Shown here: positions 52,320-64,000 of the stretch, in pieces
Layout of the letters: every line of letters starts with the position of its first letter
Position numbering within the stretch: position 1 is the first letter of the stretch
Source: Octopus sinensis
Lineage: Eukaryota
Length of the DNA: 64,000 bases
Direction: 5' to 3'
Assembly: GCF_006345805.1 (NCBI RefSeq)
Contig: NC_042997.1
Coordinates: forward strand, 97,092,001-97,156,000
Program-made: the position numbers and the translations under genes
Notes under the pieces: model-generated
What the model was told of the DNA's origin: nothing
The model's database searches: none
The model's input: only the letters and a program-made list of their open reading frames with translations

Positions 52320-53161
52320 ATTTCTTTATTGCTCACAAGGGGCTAAACATAGAGGGGGCAAACAAGGAGAGGCAAAGGGATTAAGTCGATTACATTGACC
52401 CCAGTGCGTAACTGGTACTTCAATTATCGAGCCCGAAAGGATGAAAGGCAAAGTCGACCTCGATGGAATTTGAACTCAGAACGTAACAGCAGACGAAATA
52501 CCTATTTCGTTACTACCCACAAGGGGCTAAACACAGAGAGGACAAACAAGGACAGACAAACGGATTAAGTCGATTACATCGACCCCAGTGCGTAACTAGT
52601 ACTTAATTTATCGACCCCGAAAGGATGAAAGACAAAGTCGACCTCGGCGGATTTTGAACCCAGAACGTAACGGCAACGTAATACCTATTTCGTTACTACC
52701 CACAAGGGGCTAAACACAGAGAGGACAAACAAGGACAAACAAACGGATTAAGTCGATTACATCGACCCCAGTGCGAAACTGGTGCTTATTTAATCGACCC
52801 CGAAAGGATGAAAGGCAAAGTCGACCTCGGCGGAATTTGAACTCAGAACGTAACGGTAGACGAAATACGGCTATGCATTTCGCCCGGCGTGCTAATGTTT
52901 CTGCCAGCTCGCTGCTTTCAAAATATATATTTCTTTACTACCCACAAGGGGCTAAACACAGAGGGGACAAACAAGGACAGACAAATGGATTAAGTCGATT
53001 ACATCGACCCCAGTGCGTAACTGGTACTTAATTTTTCGACCCCCGAAAGGATGAAAGGCAAAGTCGACCTCGGTGGAATTTGAACTCAGAACGTAACGGT
53101 AGACGAAATACGGCTATGCATTTCGCCCGGCATGCTAACGTTTCTGCCAGCTCGCCGCCTT
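52320..53161 (-). mobile_element. SINE family B multimer flanked by a 17-bp TSD
   Basis: Four bodies (period ~183 bp) and two heads; 'tgttacttgtatttctt' at 52303-52319 and 53162-53178. Confidence 0.88.
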
Positions 53162-54049
53162 TGTTACTTGTATTTCTTTTGAGATTGTTGCTATTTATAT
53201 TGTTTTTACTGCTGCGACTGTTGTGGTAACACAAAATACCTCCTGAATAATAATTACTCCTGCAATTTGCGTAGTATTTTATTTTGTGGTTTATGGTATA
53301 AGTTGCATTGTTTATAACAAAAGAACTAACGTTTTTTTTTTTTTTTTGTTACATTAGTAATCGGTGTTCCTACTGTGATAACAGTTAACTGTTACATACC
53401 AACGAAAGTGAACCCGATTCTTTTAAAGCCGAGACATGTACAGAGTTGTCTCCCGTACTTGCCGAAATAATGAAAATTCCATCACACACTGACATAGTAT
53501 CCAAATCTCTTTACCGCATTGATATTTTCATTTGGATTTCTGGTCGACTATATTAGATATATCCCACTAAATGTATTAACTATATAATGTGTAATGAATA
53601 TGTGAATTTAATGTCGCTGTGAAATGAGGCCCTTGGCTTACTGTGTGATCAAGTCAGTGACGAGCGAACAGATTTATCAAATACTTGCCAACCGTAAGCA
53701 ACTAAGGGAGTGGAGTTGTAGCGATGGTCTTTTTTGGATTACAATGAATATGATAGAGTCAATCGACCATCATACAGAGATATGTGCTTGTCACATTTGT
53801 TTGCAAAACTGAAATATTATTTACACATCAACGGAAATGAAAACAAACTTTCCTTTATTGACAATGAAATTACTTTTTCTGTATTCATATGTGTGTGTCT
53901 AGTAACGAGTTAGCCGTATTTTTCTTCCGCACGAAGTAACACACACAAACACACACACACACACACACACACAAACACTCACACACATACATACTCACAC
54001 ACACACTCACACACATACACACACACACAAACATACACACATTCACACA

Positions 54050-54096
<47 letters not shown>

Positions 54097-55029
54097 TCAC
54101 ACACACACAAACACACACACACACACACACAAACATATATATATATATAGTTAATCCTAACATGAACCAAGAGAAAACACAACACGTGGGCGTGGAACAA
54201 GTATAGTGTTATTGGACGCTCAGGAAAGGAAAGAAAGAAGGATTTAATGTTTCCTGCGTTAAAAATATATATGAAATACAAAAATGGGACAAAAACACAA
54301 AACATCCAGACAGTTAGATGAGACAAAGAAAATCAGAAAAGGAAAACAAAATATCCAGACAGACGATACAAAGAAAACAAGGACGGATCATTCGGAGTTT
54401 TCTATCCTCAGTCGAGTTCCAGATTATCTTTGCAATTATTTATATATATATAAAGTAAGCACATAAATGTGAAATGTTACTGTTTATATTTTGTACTGTC
54501 GTTACTGTCCTGTTTTTGTTACCGTTTTTACCCCTCCGCAAAAAATTCTCGAATTTTATTTAATTTGATTTTCGCGGGAAGGATTGTTTCATTAAAGTCC
54601 TGTATCGCCTTGACCTTCGAAACGTGGAGTAGATGAAAGAAAAGCGACTGAAGAAGGGGAATTTTCCTTGCTTTGTATGTCCTGTACTCTATTTTTTCGT
54701 TGTTTAAGAAAAATGTCCATTTCCTTGGTTTTGTGTTTATGTTTTCGTCTTTCATTGTGTTCGACGTTTTTTTTTGTGTCCTGTACCCATATATGCATGT
54801 ATATATACATGTAGAGGTAGGTACGTACATATATGTATGTATATATGCATATGTTTTATTTATTTATTAATTTATTATATGACGGAACGTACGCATCCAT
54901 TTCTAAGTAAGATTGTACACATATATATGTTTATCCATCTACACATATATGTCACTGTTTTCACAGTCAACGGTTAAGATTCAATGTATTTTTATTTTAT
55001 ATATGTGCATATATATATATATATATAAA

Positions 55030-55250
55030 TAAAGTTAATCCAAACATGAAAACACAAAGAGAAAACACAACAACGCGAGGACGTGGAACAAATATAGTAT
55101 TATTGGACGCTCAGGAAGGAAGGGAAGAAGGAGGGTTTAACGTTTCGAGCGGAGCTCTTCGTCAGAAACACAGGAAAAGGAAAGATCCGGAGAAGTGAAG
55201 ACGGAGGAAAAAAATCGCCAACGGTACACACGCGGTCACATTTTGAATGA
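55030..55250 (-). mobile_element. PLE-type short repeat (subfamily 2) with an intact minimal hammerhead at 55135-55169
   Basis: rc: gttt CTGACGA A GAGC TCC GCTC GAAAC GTT aaac; truncated sister copy at 54150-54260. Confidence 0.75.
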
Positions 55251-56006
55251 CCAGAAGGGAATGGGTGAAGAAAAGTTCTTTCAAAGACAGGAGAGTGCAA
55301 GAAGAGGCATCTGTGTGCGCGCAGGTCTGCGTATGCGTGTGTGTGTATGTGTGTATGTGTGCAATGGTAACACGTGTGTGTGTGTGTATGTATATATAAA
55401 ATATATATAATATGTATAATATATATTATATACATATATCTACACACATTCTCATACGTGCATGGATGTACACACTCATACACATATATACTCACACAAC
55501 ACATACACACACACGTACACACGCATGCTAAAATACACATACATCTACATATACGATCATACATATTAATCTATTAATACATACGATTATATATAACTAC
55601 ATATATGTACTGTTGTGTCTGGGGAGAATAATTCTCTTTTGCTGCCTTATAATTTAACACACTCACCGGTAAAAAGTGTGTTAAATTATAAAGCACCAAA
55701 ATAGACCGAATCTCCCCAAACACATCAGAATATACTTCAACACAGGAACTCACATAAAGAATCTTGCAAACCAAATCCAAAAACGAAATACATATATGTA
55801 TTTCAGTATGTAAGTCCGCAAATCTAACGGCCTAAAAATAAATACACTGTACTTATACACACTAAAAATCATAGACTTACGTATGTACATAAAACATAAT
55901 ATGTACACAAAACATAACGCTAATACATGCGTACATACATATATACGAACATACACAGGCATAAATATGTATATATATATACTAATGTATATACAGGTAT
56001 CTACAC

Positions 56007-56041
<35 letters not shown>

Positions 56042-56102
56042 ATATATATGAAAAAACAAGTCAAAAATAGAAAATGCTAAGATAATTTTATAGTGAATCT
56101 TT

Positions 56103-56140
56103 CAGTACCGGTTTCGGTCATTTTGAGACCTTTTCAACTG
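56103..56140 (-). ncRNA. Type I hammerhead motif, U3-A8 variant (left arm)
   Basis: Exact reverse complement of 59647-59684. Confidence 0.7.
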
Positions 56141-59100
56141 TAACGATTAAATAATTAAATTTAGAAAAATTAGAAGAAAAGTTTTTTTAAAGGAATATTT
56201 CTATAGTAGTGTTCAGATATAAGTGGCATTCTGCCTTTCTCTGACTCCCTTGTTTGCACTTGTGTGTTCGAGGTCGTTGTGAGTTCTTGGTAGGGTAGGA
56301 GAAGCAGAAGGCTGATGTGGAGAGGGGGTGGGGAAATCTGGGAATGCCTTGATGGTCGTATTTTGAATGGTCAGTGGCGGACAGCAGTCGCAGTTCAATT
56401 CAGGAATTGTTTATGGAATTTGCGTAGGCGTTATACTGAAAGGCATTAGTGACAAGGTTAAGGGGTAGAAGGTGGAGAAGTAGAAGAAGAAGAAGATGAC
56501 GATGTTGATGATGATGATGAAGAAGAAGAAGAAGAAGAAGAAGAAGAAGAAGGAGAAGGAGAAGATGATGATGATGATGGTGGTGATGATGATGAAGACG
56601 ATGATGATGATAATTATGATGATGAAGAAGAAGAGGAAGAAGAAGAAAAAAAAAGAGAAGGGAGAATATGAATGGGTGAAAGTATAGCTGTGATGGGGCT
56701 GATTAGTAATGGATTCTATGGAATGTAATATTTGTGTGTGTTCTATATTTCTTTTATTCTAAAGTTGAGGTATATAATTGTTTGTCGTAGACCCGTTAAG
56801 AAGTGGCCTGTATTTTGTATAAAGAGATTTTCTTTACTTATTCGTTGTCTCGAGGTTGTATCGTCGTCTAAATTGGTAGAGGGGGAAAATCCTGAAGTTT
56901 GGTGTTTTTTGTTGGCGCAAGTATCTATGTGTTGGCTAAAAGCTATTTTTTGTTTTGGGGAATTTTTATCTGGGATCTGTGCAGGGCCATTCGTTTACGC
57001 AAACCATTTTTTGTTTGGCCTATGTACTGCTCTTGACACCCGGCAGGTTAGTGAGTATATTAGGTTCTCCGAAGCACATGTGAAGTTGCTTTTCACTGTA
57101 AACCGTTGTCCCTGTTTGAAGGAGAACTCTGATCCCTCAATTAGATAGTCGCATATCCCGCATTGGGTCTTCCACATTTTTTTACTGTCGGCTTCTGTGT
57201 TGAGAGTGAATTCGGGCTTGTGTTAGGAGACTTTTCATGGATCTAGGCTGTCTTTTGCTTTTTGTGATCGTGTGTGGTTTGGGAGGATTGTGTTCATTCT
57301 GTGGTCTTTTTTTAGGAGGGGTATGTTTGGAGGATGTTGCCGAAGGCTTCGTTATTGAGAGGGTTGTGTGTGGAGATGTATGGTAAGGCTTTTGGTTGTA
57401 AGTTTTTCTTTGATTTGGGATGTCTCAGTTCCTTGATGTTAAGTTGAAGGGCACGTTGAATGCACTTGTCAATAAGTGAAGGTGGATAGTTCCTGGTGAT
57501 AAGGGTATCTTTTAGTTCTTGTAGTCGTGTGTCTCTGGTGTTTGCGTTAGAGACTATAGTGCATATCCTTTTTGCTAGATTGAAGGGGATATTCATCCTG
57601 GTGTGTCTGGGGTGGCATGAATTGAATGGAAGATATTGCTTAGAGTCTGTAGGCTTATAGTATATGTCTGTTTCTTATATTATTAGCTTTTCTTAATGAG
57701 GATATCGAGGAAGGGGAGTTGTTGCTGGCTATATTCCATCGTGAATTGGATGTTTACGTCCAGTCCGTTTAAAATTTCCTGGAATTCTATGAGTGTTTTC
57801 TATATTTTTATGCCAAAGAATGAAACAGTCATCTAGATATCTCTTCCAGTTGTTTTCTATGTAGATGGAGAAAGGGCTGCCATATCTTTCTAGAACCTTA
57901 CGATATAGACTGATCTCTAGGTATCCTATGACTAGGTTGGCAAAGGAGGGGGCCATTCGTGTACCCATCGCAGTCCCCGATTTTTCGGTAGAAGTTGTCA
58001 TTGAAGGCGAAGAAGTTATTTTCCAGGATGAATTTAACCCCTTCTATCACGAATTCTTTTTTGATGCGGTGTGGTAGTTCGTTGGCGTGATTCTCTAGCC
58101 AGAATTGGATTGCCTCTAGTCCTAGGTTGTGGGGGATATTGGAGTAGAGGTTGACTACATCGAAGGATACCAGTATGGTGTTTTTGTTTATAGTATGCAA
58201 TCTAGTATTCAATATAGTATTCAATCTAGCAAAAAGGATATGCACTATAGTCTCTAACGCAAACACCAGAGACACACGACTACAAGAACTAAAAGATACC
58301 CTTATCACCAGGAACTATCCACTTCACTTATTGACAAGTGCATTCAACGTGCCCTTCAACTTAACATCAAGGAACTGAGACATCCCAAATCAAAGAAAAT
58401 TACAACCAAAAGCCTTACCATACATCTCCACACACAACCCTCTCAATAAGAAGCCTTCGGCAACATCCTCCACATCATACCCCTCCTAAAAAAGACCACA
58501 GAATGAACACAATCCTCCAAACACACACGATCATAAAAAGCAAAAGACAGCCTAGATCCATGAAAAGTCTCCTAACACAAGCCCGAATTCACTCTTCAAC
58601 ACAGAAGCCGACAGTAAAAAATGTGGAAGACCCAATTGCGGGATATGCGACTATCTAATTGAGGGATCAGAGTTCTCCTTCAAACAGGGACAACGGTTTA
58701 CAGTGAAAGCAACTTCACATGTGCTTCGGAGAACCTAATATACTCACTAACCTGCTCCGGGTGTCAAGAGCAGTACATAGGCCAAACAAAAAATGGTTTG
58801 CGTAAACGAATGGCCCTGCACAGATCCCAGATAAAAATTCCCCAAAACAGAAAAATAGCTTTTAGCCAACACATAGATACTTGCGCCAACAAAAAAACAC
58901 AAACTTCAGGATTTTCCCCCTCTACCAATTTAGGGACGATACAACCTCGAGACAACGAATAAGTAAAGAAAATCTCTTTATTACAAAATACAGGCCACTT
59001 CTTAACGGGTCTACGACAAACAATTAATATACCTCAACTTTAGAATAAAAGAAATATATACACACACAAATATTACATTCCATAGAATCCATTACTAATC

Positions 59101-59646
59101 AGCCCCATCACAGCTATACTTTCACCCATTCATATTCTCCCTTCTCTGTTTTTTTTCTTCTTCTTCCTCTTCTTCTTCATCATCATCATTATCATCATCA
59201 TCGTCGTCATCATCATCACCACCATCATCATCATCATCTTCTCCTTCTCCTTCTTCTTCTTCTTCTTCTTCATCATCATCATCATCAACATCGTCATCTT
59301 CTTCTTCTACTTCTCCACCTTCTACCCCTTAACCTTGTCACTAATGCCTTTCAGTATAACGCCTACGCAAATTCCATAAACAATTCCTGAATTGAACTGC
59401 GACTGCTGTCCGCCACTGACCATTCAAAATACGACCATCAAGGCATTCCCAGATTTCCCCCCCCTCTCCACATCAGCCTTCTGCTTCTCTACCCTACCAA
59501 GAACTCACAACGACCTCGAACACACAAGTGCAAACAAGGGAGTCAGAGAAAGGCAGAATGCCACTTATATCTGAACACTACTATAGAAATATTCCTTTAA
59601 AAAAACTTTTCTTCTAATTTTTCTAAATTTAATTATTTAATCGTTA

Positions 59647-59684
59647 CAGTTGAAAAGGTCTCAAAATGACCGAAACCGGTACTG
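59647..59684 (+). ncRNA. Type I hammerhead motif, U3-A8 variant (right arm)
   Basis: cag UUGAAAA GGUC ucaaaau GACC GAAA c cg g UA cug. Confidence 0.7.
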
Positions 59685-59767
59685 AAAGATTCACTATAAA
59701 ATTATCTTAGCATTTTCTATTTTTGACTTGTTTTTTCATATATATCAACTCGTGTGTTCCTTTCCAC

Positions 59768-59822
<55 letters not shown>

Positions 59823-60196
59823 TATATGAAAACGCAACTTTAATGCTACACGTTAGAAAACAATCAGAATAAGAATAAGAGGTGGTGGTTGTTGGAAAAA
59901 GAAGAAAAAAAGTGGTAGAATGGAGGAAAAAGAAAGAGAGAGAGAAAATAAAGATAGAAAAAGAGAGAGAAGATACGAGGTTCACTAAAGAAGGGTAGGA
60001 TGAGTAGAAAATGAAAAAAAAAATAAGGAAAAGATAAAATGCATAAAAGCCAAGCGAACGCACACATAGAATGTACGTGCATACTCACTTAAGCAAATAC
60101 TTATATACAATAGTAACACACATGTAAACACGCATACAAATATACAGATAAGCATATACGCATTTGTGTGTGTGTGTATATATATATATACACACA

Positions 60197-60404
60197 CGCC
60201 ATGATAGATCGCTAGCTCCTACACGCATTTTTTTTCTCACCTTGTTTCTCTCCTTGTTTTTTTCTGTGTAACTTTCTGTCGAAGAGCGTAGGCTCGAAAC
60301 GTAAAAGACTTGTTACATTTCTATTCCTGAGCGCCATACTAATACATTTGTTTTTTTGTACTCCACCTGCCTTCGTCTTTTGTTTATTTTCGTAAACCTT
60401 CCCG

Positions 60405-60407
<3 letters not shown>
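60197..60407 (+). mobile_element. ~200-bp PLE-type repeat with a minimal hammerhead (60272-60307)
   Basis: cttt CTGTCGA A GAGC GTAG GCTC GAAAC GTA aaag; followed by (AT)n. Confidence 0.8.
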
Positions 60408-60482
<75 letters not shown>

Positions 60483-60647
60483 ATATATATATTATATTCT
60501 TTTCTTTTATATATATATTCTTTTCTTTTATTCTTTTATTTGTTTCAGTCATTTGACTGCAGCGATGCTGGAGCACTGCCTAGTCGATCAAATCGACATA
60601 TATATAAGAGAGAGATATAGATATATATTACTCTTTTATTTACTCTT

Positions 60648-60843
60648 TTACTTGCTTCAGTCATTTGACTGTGGCCATGCAGGAGCACCACCTTTAGTCG
60701 AACAAATCGACCGCAGAGCTTATTCTTTGTAAGCCTAGTACTTATTCTGTCGGTCTCTTTTACCGAACCGCTAAGTTACGGGGCCGTAAATACACCAGCA
60801 TCGGTTGTCAAGCGATGTTAGGGGGACAAACACAGACACACAA

Positions 60844-60934
<91 letters not shown>

Positions 60935-61047
60935 ATATATATATATATATACTATTATAATATATACATACATATACATCTATATGCATGTATATATATA
61001 TATATGTGTGGTGTATATATAATATATATGCATATATATATTGTGTG

Positions 61048-61082
<35 letters not shown>

Positions 61083-61252
61083 CATATATACAACGGGCTT
61101 CTTTCAGTTTCCGTCTACAAAATCCACTCACAAGGCTTTGGTCGGTCCGAGGCTATAGTAAAAGTCCCTTGCCCAAGGTGTCACGCAGTGGGACTGAACC
61201 CGGAACCTTGTGATTGGTAAGTAAGCTACTTACCACACTGCCTCTCCTACGC
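60648..61252 (-). mobile_element. SINE family A with a ~250-bp internal (TA)-rich expansion
   Basis: Tail at 60648-60840, head at 61090-61252. Confidence 0.88.
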
Positions 61253-61256
61253 CTAT

Positions 61257-61428
61257 AATAGATCGTTAGCTCCTACACGCATTTTTTTCTCTCCTGTTTT
61301 TTTCTGTGTATCTTTCTGTCGAAGAGCGTAAAAGACTTTTTCTATTCCTGAGCGCTATACTAATACATTTGTTTGTTTGTACTCCACCTGCCTTCGTCTT
61401 TTGTTTATTTTCGTAAACTTTCCCTTTA
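61257..61428 (+). mobile_element. ~200-bp PLE-type repeat, hammerhead partly deleted
   Basis: 'ctgtcgaagagcgta|aaagac': deletion between two 'cgta' motifs relative to the 60197 copy. Confidence 0.8.
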
Positions 61429-61896
61429 TATATATATATATATATAGTATATATATTATATATATATATATATAATATATATATATATGGTATGTGTGTG
61501 TGTGTGTGTGTGTGTATTATATATATATATATATATATATATTATGTATGTATGTATGTATGTATGTAATGTATGTATATGTATATATATATGCATGTAG
61601 TACATACATATATATGCATAAACAAACGTATATACGCCATAGCGTATATGCGCACACGAGTATATTTAAAACCGTTTGTCTGGTATATTAAATATTAAAA
61701 TACTGTAACTTCAAATTATGGTTTGAGAAACAAAATCAATATTATAATTAAATTAAAAGTGTAATATAATATAATATAAATTTGGGCCTCGACGAAATTC
61801 AAATAAGATAATTTAGACTGCCGAAAATCGCCAAAGAATTTTTGCTAAGCTCATTAAAGCTCTGTCACCATCGCATTACAATCAATAATAATAATA

Positions 61897-61928
<32 letters not shown>

Positions 61929-62881
61929 AAATAAATGAAATGGAAGTAATTAAGTAAACAATGAAAATAATAAAAATAATAATAAAATTATAATAAAGAA
62001 TAAAATAAATCAAATCCATTCTGGTATTCGATGTCTTTAAAAACACATTTTGGTCGACTGTAGATACACGATATCTATTTAGGCGATTGTAAAATGGCTG
62101 CTAAAATGTACAATAAAAATCAAAATTGTTAGGTATACTGTAGGTTAAATAAGCAGGAGGATATGCGTGGATGGAAAGGGTTACTGAAAAGGTTATGGAT
62201 GTATGGCGAAAGATTTCCAGTAAATGGACATATGATGAACTAAGAACAAAAATAAAAGCATGAAGAACGAATATACAGTGCGTGTTTATTTGGCAAAAAA
62301 AATTCCGAAATATTGCAATATCTGTTTCAACATACGATTTCACATCAATCTTGCAAAACAAATTCATAAACATGTGTGTGTGTGCGTGTGTGTACATATA
62401 TATATGTATATATATATGTATGTATGTATATAGATTTATTTCTTTACTACCCAGATAGATAACACCACTTATGTCCATCTCCTATGTTCTGCCTTTAGGC
62501 CTTCACTTCGTACACGCCACTTCAATTCGATTCTCAGTCGAAAGACACCTGTTGTTTCTTGTTGTTTGTATTCGTAATTGTGTACCATGTTCTCCGTCTT
62601 TTTTTTTTTTTTTTTTTGTCTTTTATGCCGTACACATTCGCTAGCTTTTTTTTTTGCCCTTAGCTTAGATTTTTGGTGGAGCAACCAGATCGAACCATCT
62701 CAAGTGTAACTGCTCGAAATGGTCGTGACTTCTGGAATTTGACTGAGGAAAGAAAGCCACGAATGACACGTCTTTTTTTTTTTTTGCCTGTCCTAATTGT
62801 TGTTTCTCTTGTCCGCCTTTGTATCGTCTATCTGTCCGAATGTTTTATTGTCCTCTATTGCGCTTTTTTTCCATTTTTATA

Positions 62882-62925
<44 letters not shown>

Positions 62926-63161
62926 ATATATTATATATATATATACGACGCAGTGTCTATAAAAGAAAATCGTTAAACGACCATATCTAGGACATCAAGT
63001 TACGACCCTGAAGAAACTGCATCGTTTTTATAATAGGGTTGCAATTACAACGTTTATTATTGGTGCAATTGAAGCATGCGTTGGTCTGAAAGGCAATATA
63101 TATTTATAGAATGAATGGTAATGCTATTGCTATTTTCGAGTAATCTTTATTTTCATATTGT

Positions 63162-63195
<34 letters not shown>

Positions 63196-63196
<1 letters not shown>

Positions 63197-63566
63197 CGCA
63201 GGAGTGGCTGTGTGGTAAGTAGCTTGCTCACCAACCACATGCGTGGCACCTTGGGCAAGTGTCTTCTACTATAGCCTCAGGCCAATCGAAGCCTTGTGAA
63301 TGGATTTGGTAGACGGAAACTGAAAGAAGCCCGTCGTATATATGTATGTCTGTGTGTGTGTGTGCGTATGTTTGTGTGTCTGTGTTTGTCCCCCCAACAT
63401 CGCTTGACAACCGATGGTGGTGTTTTTTACGTCCCCGTAACTTAGCTGTTCGGCAAGAGAGACCGATAGAATAAGTACTATGCTTCCAAAGAATAAGTCC
63501 TGGGCTCGATTTGCTCGACGAGAGGCGGTGCTCCAGAATGGCCGCAGTTAAATGACTGAAACAAAT
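63196..63566 (+). mobile_element. SINE family A, near full length
   Basis: 'gcaggagtggctgtgtggtaagtagcttgc' head through 'aaatgactgaaacaa' tail. Confidence 0.9.
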
Positions 63567-63825
63567 AAAAAAGAGTTAAAGAGTATATGCGTGTGTATAT
63601 ATGTATTATAAGGTCTATGTATGTATGTACATATAAGGAGTGTGTGTGAGTATATAAATATATATATATGTATATATATATTTCGTTTTTGGATTTGGTT
63701 TGCAAGATTCTTTATGTGAGTTCGTGTGTTGAAGCATAAATAAAAGAAGGAAATAAGTGGAAATTTTATCGGTGAGTGTGTTAAATTATAAGGCACTAAA
63801 AGAGAATGACTTTCCCCAGACACAA

Positions 63826-63872
<47 letters not shown>

Positions 63873-63873
<1 letters not shown>

Positions 63874-63968
63874 ATGAGGGGTGTATGAAAAGTTTTGAGC
63901 CTTGAAGTCTTGTACCATGTTTTATTTGTTTTGTTTTTAGGCTCAAGACTTTTCATACACCCCTCGTA
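63873..63968. mobile_element. 96-bp mariner-type MITE
   Basis: ~30-bp TIRs 'tatgaggggtgtatgaaaagttttgagcct' / 'aggctcaagacttttcatacacccctcgta', resembling the TIR at 42604; TA ends. Confidence 0.85.
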
Positions 63969-64000
63969 TCTATGTATGTATGTATGTATGTATGATGTAT

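Larger units (their letters stand above)
56043..59745. mobile_element. Penelope-like retroelement in inverted configuration
   Basis: Minus strand 56043-58200: RT (LYSNIP, GTAMGTRMAP, RYLDDCF), thumb, GIY-YIG, 3' UTR. Plus strand 58220-59745: near-identical copy of thumb, GIY-YIG (LIYSLTC..YIGQT..LRKR) and 3' UTR. Frameshifts are mostly 1-bp indels. Confidence 0.93.

Noticed and set aside
53399-53500. Possible minus-strand exon (MSVCDGIFIISASTGDNSVH..., GTATGT donor)
   Set aside because: Short, no recognisable homology, and compatible with chance.
54380-54430. CTGAGGA...CGAA...GTC hammerhead-like motif (also 62740-62775 and in the 10.2/10.9-kb arms)
   Set aside because: No GAAA core and no stem I pairing.
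56043-59745. Intact host gene or functional PLE ORF
   Set aside because: Multiple frameshifts and the RT N-terminus is missing. Some homopolymer indels may be sequencing errors, which cannot be resolved here.

Overview
AT-rich, microsatellite-saturated eukaryotic DNA. The SINE families and repeat content point to an Octopus-like coleoid cephalopod (inference). Only one host coding exon is well supported: the first coding exon of a membrane dipeptidase (peptidase M19, DPEP-like) on the minus strand at 9199-9395. Its next exon (expected HNDLP) was not found, so it probably lies left of the window. The rest is intron or upstream DNA made of tRNA-derived SINEs (at least 4 families), LINE fragments (RTE, Tx1/L1-like, CR1/Jockey-like, RLE-type), mariner relics, MITEs, non-autonomous Helitrons and several Penelope-like elements (PLEs). 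Main hunt results: (1) type I hammerhead ribozyme motifs in PLE ends, including a U3-A8 compensated variant at both ends of a 3.7-kb inverted Penelope, and a ~200-bp dispersed retrozyme-like family; (2) a SINE whose 3' tail matches a Tx1/L1-like LINE 3' end and which occurs as TSD-flanked multimers; (3) many long near-perfect hairpins; (4) a twin-primed RTE LINE. Coordinates were counted by eye; TE boundaries are approximate and no database searches were run.
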